This document shows, piece by piece, positions 42,609 through 53,200 of a stretch of DNA of 58,725 bases. Under the pieces are notes generated by a model that had not been told where the DNA came from, did no database searches, and worked only from the letters and a program-made list of their open reading frames with translations. Source of the DNA: Parcubacteria group bacterium (GTDB lineage Bacteria > Patescibacteriota > Minisyncoccia > SW-4-49-11). The position numbers were made by a program, and so were the translations under genes. Where the stretch lies: assembly GCA_943354045.1 (NCBI GenBank), contig CALRBF010000002.1, forward strand, positions 1 through 58,725, in the 5' to 3' direction. Position 1 is the first letter of the stretch. Every line of letters begins with the position of its first letter.

Positions 42609-43879
42609 AAGCTTGCAAGTATATTCTCTAATTTGATATTCTCTGAGACTGAAATATCACCAATTAGGGCTAAATTGAGATGTTCTGGTTGAGCATATTG
42701 CTGCAGAAAATCAAGAATTTGCTGTTTAGTAACTGCTCCATATAATTCCATTTCTTTATCTAAATCAAATGGTTTTTTTAATAATAATTCATTCATGCCA
42801 ATAATAGCTGCTATCTCGTCACTGGATTCAAATTCCATAACAGTTTGCCCTTTTATATGCTCTTTCGCTATTAATAATTCTTTATCTGATACCGGTAAAT
42901 TTTTCATATTTTGTAATTCCTGCACTATTCGCTTTACTGTCTCAATAACTTTGGTATTTTGAACACCAGTATTAATACTAAATACCCCTGTATCATCAAA
43001 ATGATGACTATCAGCTCGAATATAATACGATAATCCTCTTTTTTCTCGAATTTCGGTAAATAATCGAGAGCTCATATATCCCCCTAATATAGTACTTGCT
43101 ATTGTGGCAATATATCTCTCTTCATTATGAATAGACGGGATATGAAACCCAAGCATTAAATGCGTTTGATCTGTTTTTTTACTCCTAATTGCAACTTGTG
43201 GTTTAGTTTGCTGAATAGTAACACTTTCTCGTGTCGGTATATCTTTTTGATTGCGCGCATGCCGAAAGGAATCCTCTACCCTATCAATAATTGCTGTATC
43301 TACTTCACCTGCAATAATAATATAGGTATTCCCCGTTACATATTTTTGAGCAACATACTCAATAAAATCTGGTCTTGTAAATGAATGTATGGATTCTCTA
43401 GTCCCAATAATTGATCTTCCAAGAGGGGTGTCTCCATATAATAAAGATTGAAAATCAGTATGTATTTGCCTTGTTGGCATATCCAAATACATATTGAGCT
43501 CTTCGGTAATAGCTCCTCGCTCCACTTTGATATCACTTTCTTGTAAAAGAGAATTTTGAAAAATATCCGCAATAATATCAAGGGCTATATATTTTTTTTG
43601 ATTTCTTACTTTTACCCAATACCCCGTATACTCATAGCTCGTAAAGGCATTATATGATGCTCCGAGTCCATCTAATTCCTGGGCAATGATTTTAGCATTA
43701 GGTCTTTTTTGCGTACCTTTGAACATCATATGCTCTAGGAAATGAGATAATCCCTGCTCAGTATCAGACTCATATCTTGAACCAACTCCTACTAAAGTTA
43801 ATACGGTAGTAGTTTTGGAATCTTTGAGTGGAATACCAATTATAGTGAGTCCATTATCTAATTTACGAGTTTTGTACAT
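42605..43879 (-). CDS. M16-family zinc peptidase (insulinase-like)
   Basis: HFLEHMMFKGT (HxxEH) motif. 424 aa. 4 nt overlap with the downstream gene. Confidence 0.88.
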   Translation of the reverse strand: MYKTRKLDNGLTIIGIPLKDSKTTTVLTLVGVGSRYESDTEQGLSHFLEHMMFKGTQKRPNAKIIAQELDGLGASYNAFTSYEYTGYWVKVRNQKKYIALDIIADIFQNSLLQESDIKVERGAITEELNMYLDMPTRQIHTDFQSLLYGDTPLGRSIIGTRESIHSFTRPDFIEYVAQKYVTGNTYIIIAGEVDTAIIDRVEDSFRHARNQKDIPTRESVTIQQTKPQVAIRSKKTDQTHLMLGFHIPSIHNEERYIATIASTILGGYMSSRLFTEIREKRGLSYYIRADSHHFDDTGVFSINTGVQNTKVIETVKRIVQELQNMKNLPVSDKELLIAKEHIKGQTVMEFESSDEIAAIIGMNELLLKKPFDLDKEMELYGAVTKQQILDFLQQYAQPEHLNLALIGDISVSENIKLENILASL

Positions 43880-43894
43880 AATATCTTTTCTTAT

Positions 43895-44683
43895 CTATCT
43901 AGCCACAAAGGAATCTAGCATTCTTTGATATAATTCTTGATATGCTTTTGTTTTATTATAGCATAAATATACTCCTAAAGCATCTACATCTTCTTTTTTA
44001 TCACAAGTACCAGCAGCATATTGGGGAGCCTTGCTATCTACATAAATCACAAATTCAAATCCATCTTCACCAGTGAATTTGACTGGATATCCATTTTGAT
44101 TAGCTACTTGTACAAAATCAGGATATTGTAATTCAAAATTAGGGTCAGTAAAATTGAGCCAAGTTTTTACTGTGGTAAATGATTTGACTTCTGGATTTGT
44201 ATTAGAATTATCAGTAATAGGTTTAGTATCCGTCAACCAAGGCTTTGTTGGATATTTCTGAAGTAAATAATCATATAATTTGATATATGTTCCCTTAGAC
44301 TCATCAAATAGTGGAGTTCCTCCAGCATATACGGTATCTGTCTTATCTCCATATTGATTATAGTCATTTTTTTCAAGCCAAGCTTCAATTTGAGCTTTTT
44401 CATTTTCTGGGAGGTCAAGATTTATTCCCTCTCTATTAGAATTAGTATTATCGGGTTTTGTCGCAACTTCTTCGGTATATGTCACCCCATTATAGACACA
44501 TTGAGATGGGTATATTTCTAAGATTTTACCTTTATTAGATTCACTACAAGATTTAAAGTCGGTAACTTTAGTATCCGGTTTATCCAGAAGAATAAAATAT
44601 GTATATGAGCCTCCTATTGCAAGGAATAGGATTAATCCTATTGGGAATATGAGCTTTGGGTTTTTATTTATCCAGTTTTTCAT
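43895..44683 (-). CDS. Hypothetical membrane-anchored extracytoplasmic protein
   Basis: N-terminal TM helix. No recognisable motif. Confidence 0.45.
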   Translation of the reverse strand: MKNWINKNPKLIFPIGLILFLAIGGSYTYFILLDKPDTKVTDFKSCSESNKGKILEIYPSQCVYNGVTYTEEVATKPDNTNSNREGINLDLPENEKAQIEAWLEKNDYNQYGDKTDTVYAGGTPLFDESKGTYIKLYDYLLQKYPTKPWLTDTKPITDNSNTNPEVKSFTTVKTWLNFTDPNFELQYPDFVQVANQNGYPVKFTGEDGFEFVIYVDSKAPQYAAGTCDKKEDVDALGVYLCYNKTKAYQELYQRMLDSFVAR

Positions 44684-44700
44684 ATATTTGTGATTTTATA

Positions 44701-47301
44701 TTATTTACCGTGACATTTTTTATACTTTTTCCCACTTCCACAAGGGCAAAGATCATTGCGGCCTACTCGAGGAACAGATTCCCCCATAGGGCTTGGAATA
44801 GTTATATTTTGAGCTATTTGAGGAGTAGGCTCAATTCTCAAAATGGTATTAATATAATTGTCTCGAATTGAGGTTAATAATTTTTCAAATAACATAAAGG
44901 CCTCATTTTTATACTCAATAAGAGGGTCTCGCTGAGCATAACCCCGAAGCCGAATTCCTGTTTTCAAATAATCAATAACTTCAAGATGCTCCATCCAAAG
45001 ATTATCTATAGTCTGAATATATACTGAACTCAATACTCCCTGATACTGCTCATCAGTGACTGTTTCAAATCGCTTAGCTAAGATACCCTCCACTGTTTGT
45101 ACTAATGTATCAATAATAGCTTGTTTTTTAGTTTCTATAGTACCCTCTTGATCTCGAATATTCTCTAGAGTAGAATTAAAATCAATGGTATTGCCAATAA
45201 GTCCCTGAATATCCTCTCCGATTGACTTCAAATCCCATTCTCTTGTACTTTCAATAGTAGTGTAAAATGATACAATTTTATAGATATTTTCTCGAATTAA
45301 CTCTGAAGTTTGCAATTTAATATCTATTTGATTCAAAAGAATATCTCGTCTCTTTTTATAAATAATTTCTCGCTGTTTATTGATAACATCATCATATTCG
45401 AGTAGATGTTTGCGAGAATCAAAGTGAAACCCTTCAATTTTGGTCTGAGCTCCCTCTATAGATTTTGCAATAAGCACATTTTCAATTGGCTCATCTTCAG
45501 GGAAATTAAACCTCTCCATCAGAGACTTGATTCTCTCTCCTCCAAAAATCCGCATAATCTCATCATCTAGAGAGAGATAAAATTGAGTAATTCCAGCCTC
45601 CCCCTGACGACCAGAGCGACCTCTCAACTGATTATCAATACGACGAGCCTCATGTCTCTCACTTCCTATTACATATAATCCTCCAAGCTCTAATACTGCT
45701 TGTTTTTCTTCTTCCGTAGCATTAGCTCCTCCCAGTTTAATATCTACTCCTCGCCCTGCCATATTGGTTGCAATGGTAATAGCTCCTTTTTTCCCCGCAT
45801 CTGCAATAATAAGACCTTCTGCCTCATGCTGTTTAGCATTCAAAATAGTATATTTGAGCTTAAATTTATCAAAAACCTTACCAAGTTCCTCACTCTTTTC
45901 AATAGAAGCTGTACCAAGCAATACTGGTTGCCCTAATTCGGAAACTTCTTTGACTTTTTTTGCAATTGCAGTAAATTTAGCCTTTTCATTTTTATAGACT
46001 ACATCTGGTAAATCCTGTCTCTTGATTTCTTTATTAGTAGGCATTATAACCACATCTAATTTATATACCTTATGTAACTCCTCAGCACTGGTCACAGCAG
46101 TTCCTGTCATACCAGCTAACTTATCATACATACGAAAATAGTTTTGTAGGGTAATAGTTGCTAATGTCTTAGATTCTTGTTGTATAGTAACTCCTTCTTT
46201 TGCCTCAAGAGCCTGATGTAGTCCTTCAGAGTAGCGTCTACCTGGAGTCATACGACCAGTAAATTGATCTACAATAATAATTTCTCCGTTCTTTACTACA
46301 TATTCTTTATCAAGATGGAATAAGGCCTGAGCTTTAAGAGCTTGTTCCAAATGATGTACAAAAGCTAAACCTTTTTCCTCATAAATATTAGTAATATTGA
46401 GAGATTTTTCAACTTTATCTATACCTGATTCAGTAATATTCACGGTACGCATTTTCTCATCTACGGTATAATCTTTTTCTGGCTTGAGAGTAGGTACAAG
46501 ACTCGCAAATGTTTTATATAAAGCTGGAGACTCCACATCAGGTGCTGAAATAATAAGAGGAGTTCGGGCCTCATCAATCAAAACACTATCTACCTCATCA
46601 ACTATTGCAAAATAATATTCTCGCTGTACCATAGACTCCTTGGAAGTCGCCATATTATCGCGCAAATAATCAAAACCAAATTCATTATTAGTCCCATAGG
46701 TAATATCAGCAGCATATGCCTCTTTTCGACTTACCTCTATCAAAAATTCTTGTTCTACTTCATAAGAACCTTTTTCATCTCTCTCCTTATCCTCTGCAGG
46801 AAATTCAGTATAGAGATATGCTCCCTCTCCTGTAACAATACCAAGAGATAAACCTAAAAAGTTATAAATTTGTCCCATCCAAACTGCATCTCGCTTTGCA
46901 AGATAATCATTAACGGTTACCACATGTACTCCTCGTCCTGTAAGGGCATTGAGTACCGTTGGCAATGTGGCTACTAAGGTTTTACCTTCTCCAGTTCTCA
47001 TTTCAGCAATTTTCCCTTGATGCAATACAATACCTCCAATTAACTGTACATCAAAATGTCTCTGCCCAAGAGTACGGCGAGAAGCTTCTCTCACAAGAGC
47101 AAAAGTAGGAGCAAGAACTTCATCAAGACTAATACCTTTATCTTGTACTTTTGATTTAAGCCTTGTTATTTCGGCTCTTATATCCTCATCAGATTTATCT
47201 TTATAGGTATTTTCTAAAGCATTAATTTGCTCTACAATTGGTTGAATTTTGGATAATGTTTTTGCATTTGGGTCTCCGAATATTTTTTGTAAAAAAGTCA
47301 T
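44701..47301 (-). CDS. secA: Preprotein translocase ATPase SecA
   Basis: [14 protein letters not shown] Walker [20 protein letters not shown]-terminal zinc finger [15 protein letters not shown]. Confidence 0.95.
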   Translation of the reverse strand: MTFLQKIFGDPNAKTLSKIQPIVEQINALENTYKDKSDEDIRAEITRLKSKVQDKGISLDEVLAPTFALVREASRRTLGQRHFDVQLIGGIVLHQGKIAEMRTGEGKTLVATLPTVLNALTGRGVHVVTVNDYLAKRDAVWMGQIYNFLGLSLGIVTGEGAYLYTEFPAEDKERDEKGSYEVEQEFLIEVSRKEAYAADITYGTNNEFGFDYLRDNMATSKESMVQREYYFAIVDEVDSVLIDEARTPLIISAPDVESPALYKTFASLVPTLKPEKDYTVDEKMRTVNITESGIDKVEKSLNITNIYEEKGLAFVHHLEQALKAQALFHLDKEYVVKNGEIIIVDQFTGRMTPGRRYSEGLHQALEAKEGVTIQQESKTLATITLQNYFRMYDKLAGMTGTAVTSAEELHKVYKLDVVIMPTNKEIKRQDLPDVVYKNEKAKFTAIAKKVKEVSELGQPVLLGTASIEKSEELGKVFDKFKLKYTILNAKQHEAEGLIIADAGKKGAITIATNMAGRGVDIKLGGANATEEEKQAVLELGGLYVIGSERHEARRIDNQLRGRSGRQGEAGITQFYLSLDDEIMRIFGGERIKSLMERFNFPEDEPIENVLIAKSIEGAQTKIEGFHFDSRKHLLEYDDVINKQREIIYKKRRDILLNQIDIKLQTSELIRENIYKIVSFYTTIESTREWDLKSIGEDIQGLIGNTIDFNSTLENIRDQEGTIETKKQAIIDTLVQTVEGILAKRFETVTDEQYQGVLSSVYIQTIDNLWMEHLEVIDYLKTGIRLRGYAQRDPLIEYKNEAFMLFEKLLTSIRDNYINTILRIEPTPQIAQNITIPSPMGESVPRVGRNDLCPCGSGKKYKKCHGK

Positions 47302-47375
47302 ATATACTATTTTCTATCATTTAATCTGTCTTTATAGTATACGCTTATTTGAAGGAAATTTCAAATAATTATACA

Positions 47376-48200
47376 TTAACATCCTATATGAATATGTCCT
47401 GCCGAATCACTGAAACTTGCTCCACAAACTCCTCCTGGAGTTCCTATATTATATCCCTTAGATTTAAGAGTATTAATTACTGTTTGTTGTTTAGAATTAC
47501 AAGTACTCAAACTTGCTCCACAAAACGGTTCATTAAAGTCAACCGCCCTACCATCATAATGAGCAGATCCACTACTATGTCCACAGGTTTCATTGAAAGC
47601 ATTTACTCGTGATCCTGGACACTCAGCAGCCACATATTTCATTGCGTTTAAAATACACTGTTTAGTATTAGCTCCCCCACTCAATCCTTGTTCCCAACGA
47701 CCACTTCGTTGTCCAGCACAAGTACAAGTTCCTACACAGCCAAAAGTTAAATCTTTAAAATCTCCTTGAGCTAAAGGACCCGTACTACCAGTTAAGCCAC
47801 CAATAGTTTGGCCTCCTGTTCCAGGAGATGGGACACTACAATTCCCTTGTAATAATCCTGGATTAATAATATTAATAATAATAAATATGGAAAGCCCAAT
47901 AATAAGACCTATAATGGTATTAGTAAATATTTCCTTGGCTTGATTAACTTTACCAGCATTGACCCCTGCTGTCACATACATATACCCACCATATATAAAC
48001 ATACCGAGTACCGCAGTAAAGAGAGTTGCAAATCCAAGATACCAAAGAGCGGTAATCAATTGACACAAATCACCTATTCTACCCACCCCAGGGAAATTAG
48101 TATAAGATTGATAAGTCACTTGAGCAAAAGTATTTGTAGCAAATATAAAATAAGATACTATAAGTAAAGTTATAGATAACGGTATATATTTATATCTCAT
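47376..48200 (-). CDS. Fusion protein: T4SS-pilin-like (TrbC/VirB2-like) membrane domain plus LAS/M15-type zinc peptidase domain
   Basis: Signal peptide and two TM helices with ..IYGGYMYVTAGVNAGKVNQAKE..IIGLIIGL. C-terminal SAHYDGRAVDF and AGHIHIG (SxHxxGxAxD ... HxH). Confidence 0.55.
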   Translation of the reverse strand: MRYKYIPLSITLLIVSYFIFATNTFAQVTYQSYTNFPGVGRIGDLCQLITALWYLGFATLFTAVLGMFIYGGYMYVTAGVNAGKVNQAKEIFTNTIIGLIIGLSIFIIINIINPGLLQGNCSVPSPGTGGQTIGGLTGSTGPLAQGDFKDLTFGCVGTCTCAGQRSGRWEQGLSGGANTKQCILNAMKYVAAECPGSRVNAFNETCGHSSGSAHYDGRAVDFNEPFCGASLSTCNSKQQTVINTLKSKGYNIGTPGGVCGASFSDSAGHIHIGC

Positions 48201-48226
48201 TTTAATTTTTTACTATTGATGATCGG

Positions 48227-48299
48227 AGCGGGTAGAGGGATTCGAACCCTCATCATCTGCTTGGAAGGCAGAGATAATTAGCCTTTATACGATACCCGC
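48227..48299 (-). tRNA. tRNA-Gly (anticodon UCC)
   Basis: Cloverleaf GCGGGTA...CTGC-CTTCCAA-GCAG...GGGTTCGAATCCC...TACCCGC-T. CCA is not encoded. Confidence 0.85.
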
Positions 48300-48320
48300 T
48301 GTATGTATAACTACTATCTA

Positions 48321-48349
48321 ATAGTATCAAATATCTGTTTTGATGTCAA
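48321..48349 (-). promoter_or_regulatory. Promoter of tRNA-Gly
   Basis: Minus strand: TTGACA, 17 bp spacer, TACTAT, about 20 nt before the tRNA 5' end. Confidence 0.6.
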
Positions 48350-48369
48350 TAATATATACCTCGCTTTTC

Positions 48370-48520
48370 TATCCACCCCGCCCACTCCCATACAAAAGTA
48401 TGAGAGTGACCACCCCTCAAGAGGGGAATATATACCAATGTCCTGTACGAAAAATTCCCCTCTTGAGGGGTGCCCATAGGGTGGGGTGGAAAATACTGGT
48501 AACTAAAAGGCTCCCCCTAC
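48370..48520. repeat. Mosaic repeat locus R11 (palindromic architecture)
   Basis: ATCCACCCCG..CTCCCATACAAAAGTATGAGAG..CCCCTCAAGAGGGGAAT [24 nt core] ATTCCCCTCTTGAGGGGTGCCCATAGGGTGGGGTGGAA. Confidence 0.85.
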
Positions 48521-48560
48521 ATAACTAAAAATTTATCTACAGTATATCTAACCCATAATA

Positions 48561-48589
48561 TTGCAAAAATTGCCGTTTATAGATATAAT
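48561..48589 (+). promoter_or_regulatory. Promoter of tRNA-Trp
   Basis: TTGCAA, 17 bp spacer, TATAAT, 10 nt before the tRNA. Confidence 0.65.
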
Positions 48590-48599
48590 GTAATAACTT

Positions 48600-48673
48600 A
48601 GGCGCATAGTTAAATGGTATAACAATGGTCTCCAAAACCATCGTCGTAGGTTCGATTCCTACTGTGCCTGCCA
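48600..48673 (+). tRNA. tRNA-Trp (anticodon CCA), CCA end encoded
   Basis: AGGCGCA..ATGGT-CTCCAAA-ACCAT..GTAGGTTCGATTCCTAC-TGTGCCT-G-CCA. Confidence 0.88.
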
Positions 48674-48686
48674 ATAATTCAACTCT

Positions 48687-49106
48687 ATGTCTATTAATGA
48701 CAAGGTATATACCTATATTCAAAAGTCGCATATTCGCTTAACCCAGCATATGAGAGCTGTAATTGATACTATTATTGAGAGTAAAACTCCTATAGAAGCA
48801 AAGTCTATTTATACTCAATTAAAAGATAATCATAAATCAATTGACTTATCCACAATTCATCGTATTCTAGAAAAACTTCATAGTATTCAATTAGTAGATG
48901 CTATTTATAGAGAGAAAGCGACTTCCTATGAATTATCATCTCAATTTTTACCTCATCATCATCATTTTACTTGTTCTGAATGCGATACCATAATTGATAT
49001 TGATGAATGCCTCATTGATCCCCTATTAAGCTCAATTTCTCATATTGGAAAGCCTATATCGCATTCCTTTGAAATACAGGGTATATGTAAATCTTGTCAA
49101 AAATAA
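48687..49106 (+). CDS. Fur-family metal-responsive transcriptional regulator
   Basis: Winged-helix region ..STIHRILEKLHSIQLV.. and metal site ..HHHHFTCSECDTII...C..C. Confidence 0.75.
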   Translation: MSINDKVYTYIQKSHIRLTQHMRAVIDTIIESKTPIEAKSIYTQLKDNHKSIDLSTIHRILEKLHSIQLVDAIYREKATSYELSSQFLPHHHHFTCSECDTIIDIDECLIDPLLSSISHIGKPISHSFEIQGICKSCQK

Positions 49107-49131
49107 AAAGGAGCTTATTGGGCTCCTTTTT
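49105..49131. terminator. Bidirectional terminator between convergent genes
   Basis: AAAAAGGAGC-TTATTGG-GCTCCTTTTT. Confidence 0.7.
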
Positions 49132-49141
49132 ATTAGGTGTA

Positions 49142-49300
49142 TTATTTCTTCATTTCTCGATGAAGAGTATGTCGCCGTAAATCAGAATTGAATTTCTTTA
49201 ACTCTAACTTTTCGGTATTTTTCTTCTTATTCTTACGTGTATAATAAGCGATTTTACCGGTTTCAGTACATTGTAATTTGATTAAATTCTCTTGACTCAT
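49142..49300 (-). CDS. rpmG: 50S ribosomal protein L33
   Basis: MSQENLIKLQCTETGKIAYYTRKNKKKNTEKLELKKFNSDLRRHTLHREMKK. The ORF-track 5' extension overlaps the tRNA-Thr gene. Confidence 0.85.
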   Translation of the reverse strand: MSQENLIKLQCTETGKIAYYTRKNKKKNTEKLELKKFNSDLRRHTLHREMKK

Positions 49301-49326
49301 AGTAATATTATTATATAGTTTGGGGG

Positions 49327-49399
49327 AGCCGATAATCAGGATTGAACTGATGACCTCACCCTTACCATGGGTGCGCTCTACCAACTGAGCTATATCGGC
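49327..49399 (-). tRNA. tRNA-Thr (anticodon GGU)
   Basis: GCCGATA-TA-GCTCAGTTGGTAGAGC-G-CACCC-ATGGTAA-GGGTG-AGGTC-ATCAGTTCAATCCTGAT-TATCGGC-T. Confidence 0.85.
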
Positions 49400-49414
49400 G
49401 CACAGTCTTGTAGA

Positions 49415-49443
49415 ATTATATACTAGAATAGTGTTTTTGTCAA
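49415..49443 (-). promoter_or_regulatory. Promoter of the tRNA-Thr/rpmG unit
   Basis: Minus strand: TTGACA, 17 bp spacer, TATAAT. Confidence 0.7.
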
Positions 49444-49446
49444 AGA

Positions 49447-50214
49447 TTATTCTACAACTACAGACTGATACCAGAATTTACCATTATTACTTCCATCATA
49501 ACTGAGTTCTTTATCACCTGCAGTCACAAAAACTAATTTATTGGTTGCAGTTCCCTCTTCTTGAGGCTTGATAAAGAATCTATTATTCCCCTTAGCATAT
49601 TTACCACAAATTGCGGTTGAATCTGTTACTTTAGTATCTTTAGCAATAACACTATATTTACCATCTTTTTCTATTACTTGACAATTTGTATTCTGTATTG
49701 GAGTTAATAATTGAATGGCAATAATATCTGGAATAGTATTAAATCTTTTATCTGAATCTATATTAATGATTTCTATTGATTGCCCTGAATTTTTATCTGC
49801 TTCATTACTATAAGTATATATAATATTTCCATCTTCAGTAACTATTATATCTTTTACTTCACCTATGCTTTTTGATTCATAGCTAAAAGCAATTTTAGAA
49901 TTAGTTGAATAAAAGTATTTTATATCGGAATTTTCAGTATTAATTTTTAAGCGAGAAAGTAATGAACTTGGAATGATATATTCTGGACTATATTCTGCGG
50001 TATCTGATGTTTGAGAAGCTGAAACTTGAGATAAATCATCAGCTACAAAGGGCTTTGTGGTTGTATTAGAATTTTGTGTGCTAGTATTATTTTTGTTGGG
50101 AACATTTTCAGTATCAGAAGAGCCATTATTACGTAGGAGAATATAGGTTAAGATAATACCAATAATGGCTATTAACCCTACAATTCCCCAAATAATAATG
50201 GCTTTTCGATTCAT
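49447..50214 (-). CDS. Hypothetical membrane-anchored extracytoplasmic protein
   Basis: N-terminal TM helix and an N/T/S-rich linker. 255 aa. Confidence 0.45.
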   Translation of the reverse strand: MNRKAIIIWGIVGLIAIIGIILTYILLRNNGSSDTENVPNKNNTSTQNSNTTTKPFVADDLSQVSASQTSDTAEYSPEYIIPSSLLSRLKINTENSDIKYFYSTNSKIAFSYESKSIGEVKDIIVTEDGNIIYTYSNEADKNSGQSIEIINIDSDKRFNTIPDIIAIQLLTPIQNTNCQVIEKDGKYSVIAKDTKVTDSTAICGKYAKGNNRFFIKPQEEGTATNKLVFVTAGDKELSYDGSNNGKFWYQSVVVE

Positions 50215-50278
50215 ACTCTTTTTATTTTAATCCTATGTATAGTATTAGTATACATCAGAAAACATATTCTGCAAAATA

Positions 50279-53200
50279 TTATCGCTCGGTCTCGAATCCA
50301 GTTCCTGCTGGGATAAGTCTTCCGATAATGACATTTTCTTTCAGTCCTCTCAAGTGATCTTCTTTTCCGAATAAGGCAGCATCAATTAATACCTTGGTAG
50401 TATTTTGGAAAGATGCAGCTGATAAGAAACTTTCAGTATTAAGAGCAACTTTGGTAATACCTTGCAATAGAGGGTCTACTTGTATCAAGTCATCTTTATT
50501 CTCGGTAAATCGATTGAATTCAAGAAGTTGATCACGGGTAATGGTTTGTCCCTTCAAATAGGTAGATTTTCCTGGTTCAGTTACCATATAGCGAGAGGTC
50601 ATTTGTCTTACAATCATCTCAACATGCTTGATAGCAATTCCAGCTCCTTGAGAATTATAAATTTCAAGAATTTGCTGAATTATATATCGAGTTAAGGTAT
50701 CAATACCTGCATGCTTATAGAGTTTTTCAAGATCAAGATGTCCTTCTGTAATTGGTTGTCCTACTTCAACAGTATCCCCTACTTTCACAAGAACAATATC
50801 TACTACGGGATCAGCCACAAGTTCCTTGATATCTGCTTTTGACTTCTTAGCTTCTTTAGAATCATCGGTTTTAATCTTAATTCTAATTTCTCCAGCTGTT
50901 TCAATCACATCTACTACGGTTCCTGCTACAGTTGACATCATAGCTTGAGTTTTTGGATTACGAGCTTCGAAGACTTCTTCTACTCTTGGAAGTCCCTTTG
51001 TTACGTCAGCAGCTCCAGCAGAACCTCCTTGATGGAAAGTACGCATAGTTAACTGTGTTGCAGGTTCTCCAATAGCTTGGGCGGTAACAATTCCTACTGC
51101 TTCTCCAATTTTTACAATTGCATTACGTCCAAGATCAGTTCCATAACAAGATTGACATACTCCTCGAATAGTTTTACAACTTACCAAACTTCGAATTCTT
51201 ACATTATCAATACCAAGTGTATCAATAATTTCAGCTTCAGCATGAGTAATGAACTCTCCTGCTTTCACAATTGTCTTCTTGGTCTCAGGATTCACAATAT
51301 CATCTACAGTTTTTCGTCCGAATATGAAATTAGTAAAGCTATCCCCTGCTTCTTCCGCATCAAGTCGAGATAATACCAATCCAGTTGTATCTCCACAATC
51401 TGATTCTTTTACCACAATATCCTGATTTACATCTACTAATCGTCGAGTGAGATATCCAGATGTAGCTGTCTTCAAAGCGGTATCTACCAGTCCTTTTCGC
51501 GCTCCATGAGTAGAAATGAAATATTCTAACTCAGTAAGACCCTTAAGAAAACTAGAGGTGATAGGAGTTTCAATAATTTTTCCTGATGGAGATACCACCA
51601 ATCCTTTCATTCCTGCCATCTGATTTAATTGTCCCCAAGATCCTCGAGCTCCAGAATCAATCATAGAGAATACCGGTCCTTTTACATTAACTTCTGATCG
51701 TACTAATGCTCCAATTTCGATAGAAGCCTTGCTCCATACATCTACAATTTGTGCATAGCGTTCTTTTTCAGTCAATAATCCATCTTCAAATTGATTGGTT
51801 ACCTCCTCAACACTATTTTGTGCATTGGTAATAAGCTTATCTTTTTTATCAGAAACGGTGAAGTCACTAATAGCCCAAGATAATCCTGATCGAGTCATTT
51901 CAGCAAATCCAAATTTCTTAATTCTATCTAGGAATTCCCCTACTTGTGGTTGAGTGAATTCATATAAAGCTTTATTCAAGAGATTCTTCAGCTGTTTTTT
52001 ACCAACTACTTCATTTACATACTCAAATCCTTCTGGCAATATTTCATTAAATGAAATTCGTCCAACTGTTGTCTTGATAGGAGTATTTCCAACTTTTACT
52101 TCATTGCGAATTTCTACTAATTCTCTTAGAGTAATTTGCTTATGGTCATAAGCGGTTACAGCCTCATCAAAGTTTCTGAATACTTGAACAGGCTTATCGC
52201 TCTCATCAGCAACGGTGGTATAATAAATTCCCAATACCATATCTTGAGATGGTGCTGAAGAAGGACTTCCATCGGATGGTTTAATCAAGTTATGATCAGA
52301 TATCATTAATTCTCCTGCTTCTCGTACAGCCTCCTCAGACAAAGGTACATGTACCGCCATTTGATCTCCATCGAAATCAGCATTGAAGGGGCTACATACC
52401 ATAGGATTTAATTGAATAGCTTTTCCTTCAATTAAAACTGGTTTGAAAGCTTGAATACTCAATCTATGAAGAGTAGGTGCTCGGTTCAAGAGAACATATC
52501 GATGTTCAATCACTTCATCAAGAATATCCCAAACAATATCTAATCCTTGTTCAATTAATCGTGTTGCACTTCGAATATTGTGAGCATATTCATCCTCTAT
52601 TAATCTATTGATGATAAATGGTTTAAATAATTCGAGTGCCATGGTTTTTGGAATTCCACACTCATTAATCTTAAGGTTAGGTCCAACAACAATTACTGAT
52701 CGAGCAGAATAATCTACACGCTTTCCAAGAAGATTTTGTCGGAATCTTCCTTGCTTTCCTTTAAGAGAATCGGCAAGAGATTTGAGAACTCTCTTTTGTC
52801 CTGTTGAAGCTACTGTGGTTGACTGTCCCTTTCGCATTGAATTATCGATAAGAGCATCCACAGCTTCTTGTAACATTCTCTTTTCATTACGTACAATTAC
52901 TTCAGGAGCTCTTTGTGCCATCAATTTCTTTAATCGATTATTTCGATTGATTACACGTCGATATAAATCATTAAGATCTGAAGTTGCAAATCGTCCTCCA
53001 TCAAGAGCTACCATTGGCCGTAGGTCCGGTGGTATAACTGGAAGATGAGTAAGGAACATCCATTCTGGTCGAACATTAGCTTGATGTAATCCTCCAAGGA
53101 ATCGAATTTTCTTGATAATTTTCTGAGCTTTGATACCATCAGCAACCTCTAATTCTTTTTCTAAATTCTTAAGTTCAGTCTCAAGGTCAATTCCAGCAAA

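Noticed and set aside
48340-48731. ORFs 48340-48528(+) and 48537-48731(-)
   Set aside because: The first lies in repeat locus R11. The second overlaps the tRNA-Trp gene and its promoter on the opposite strand.
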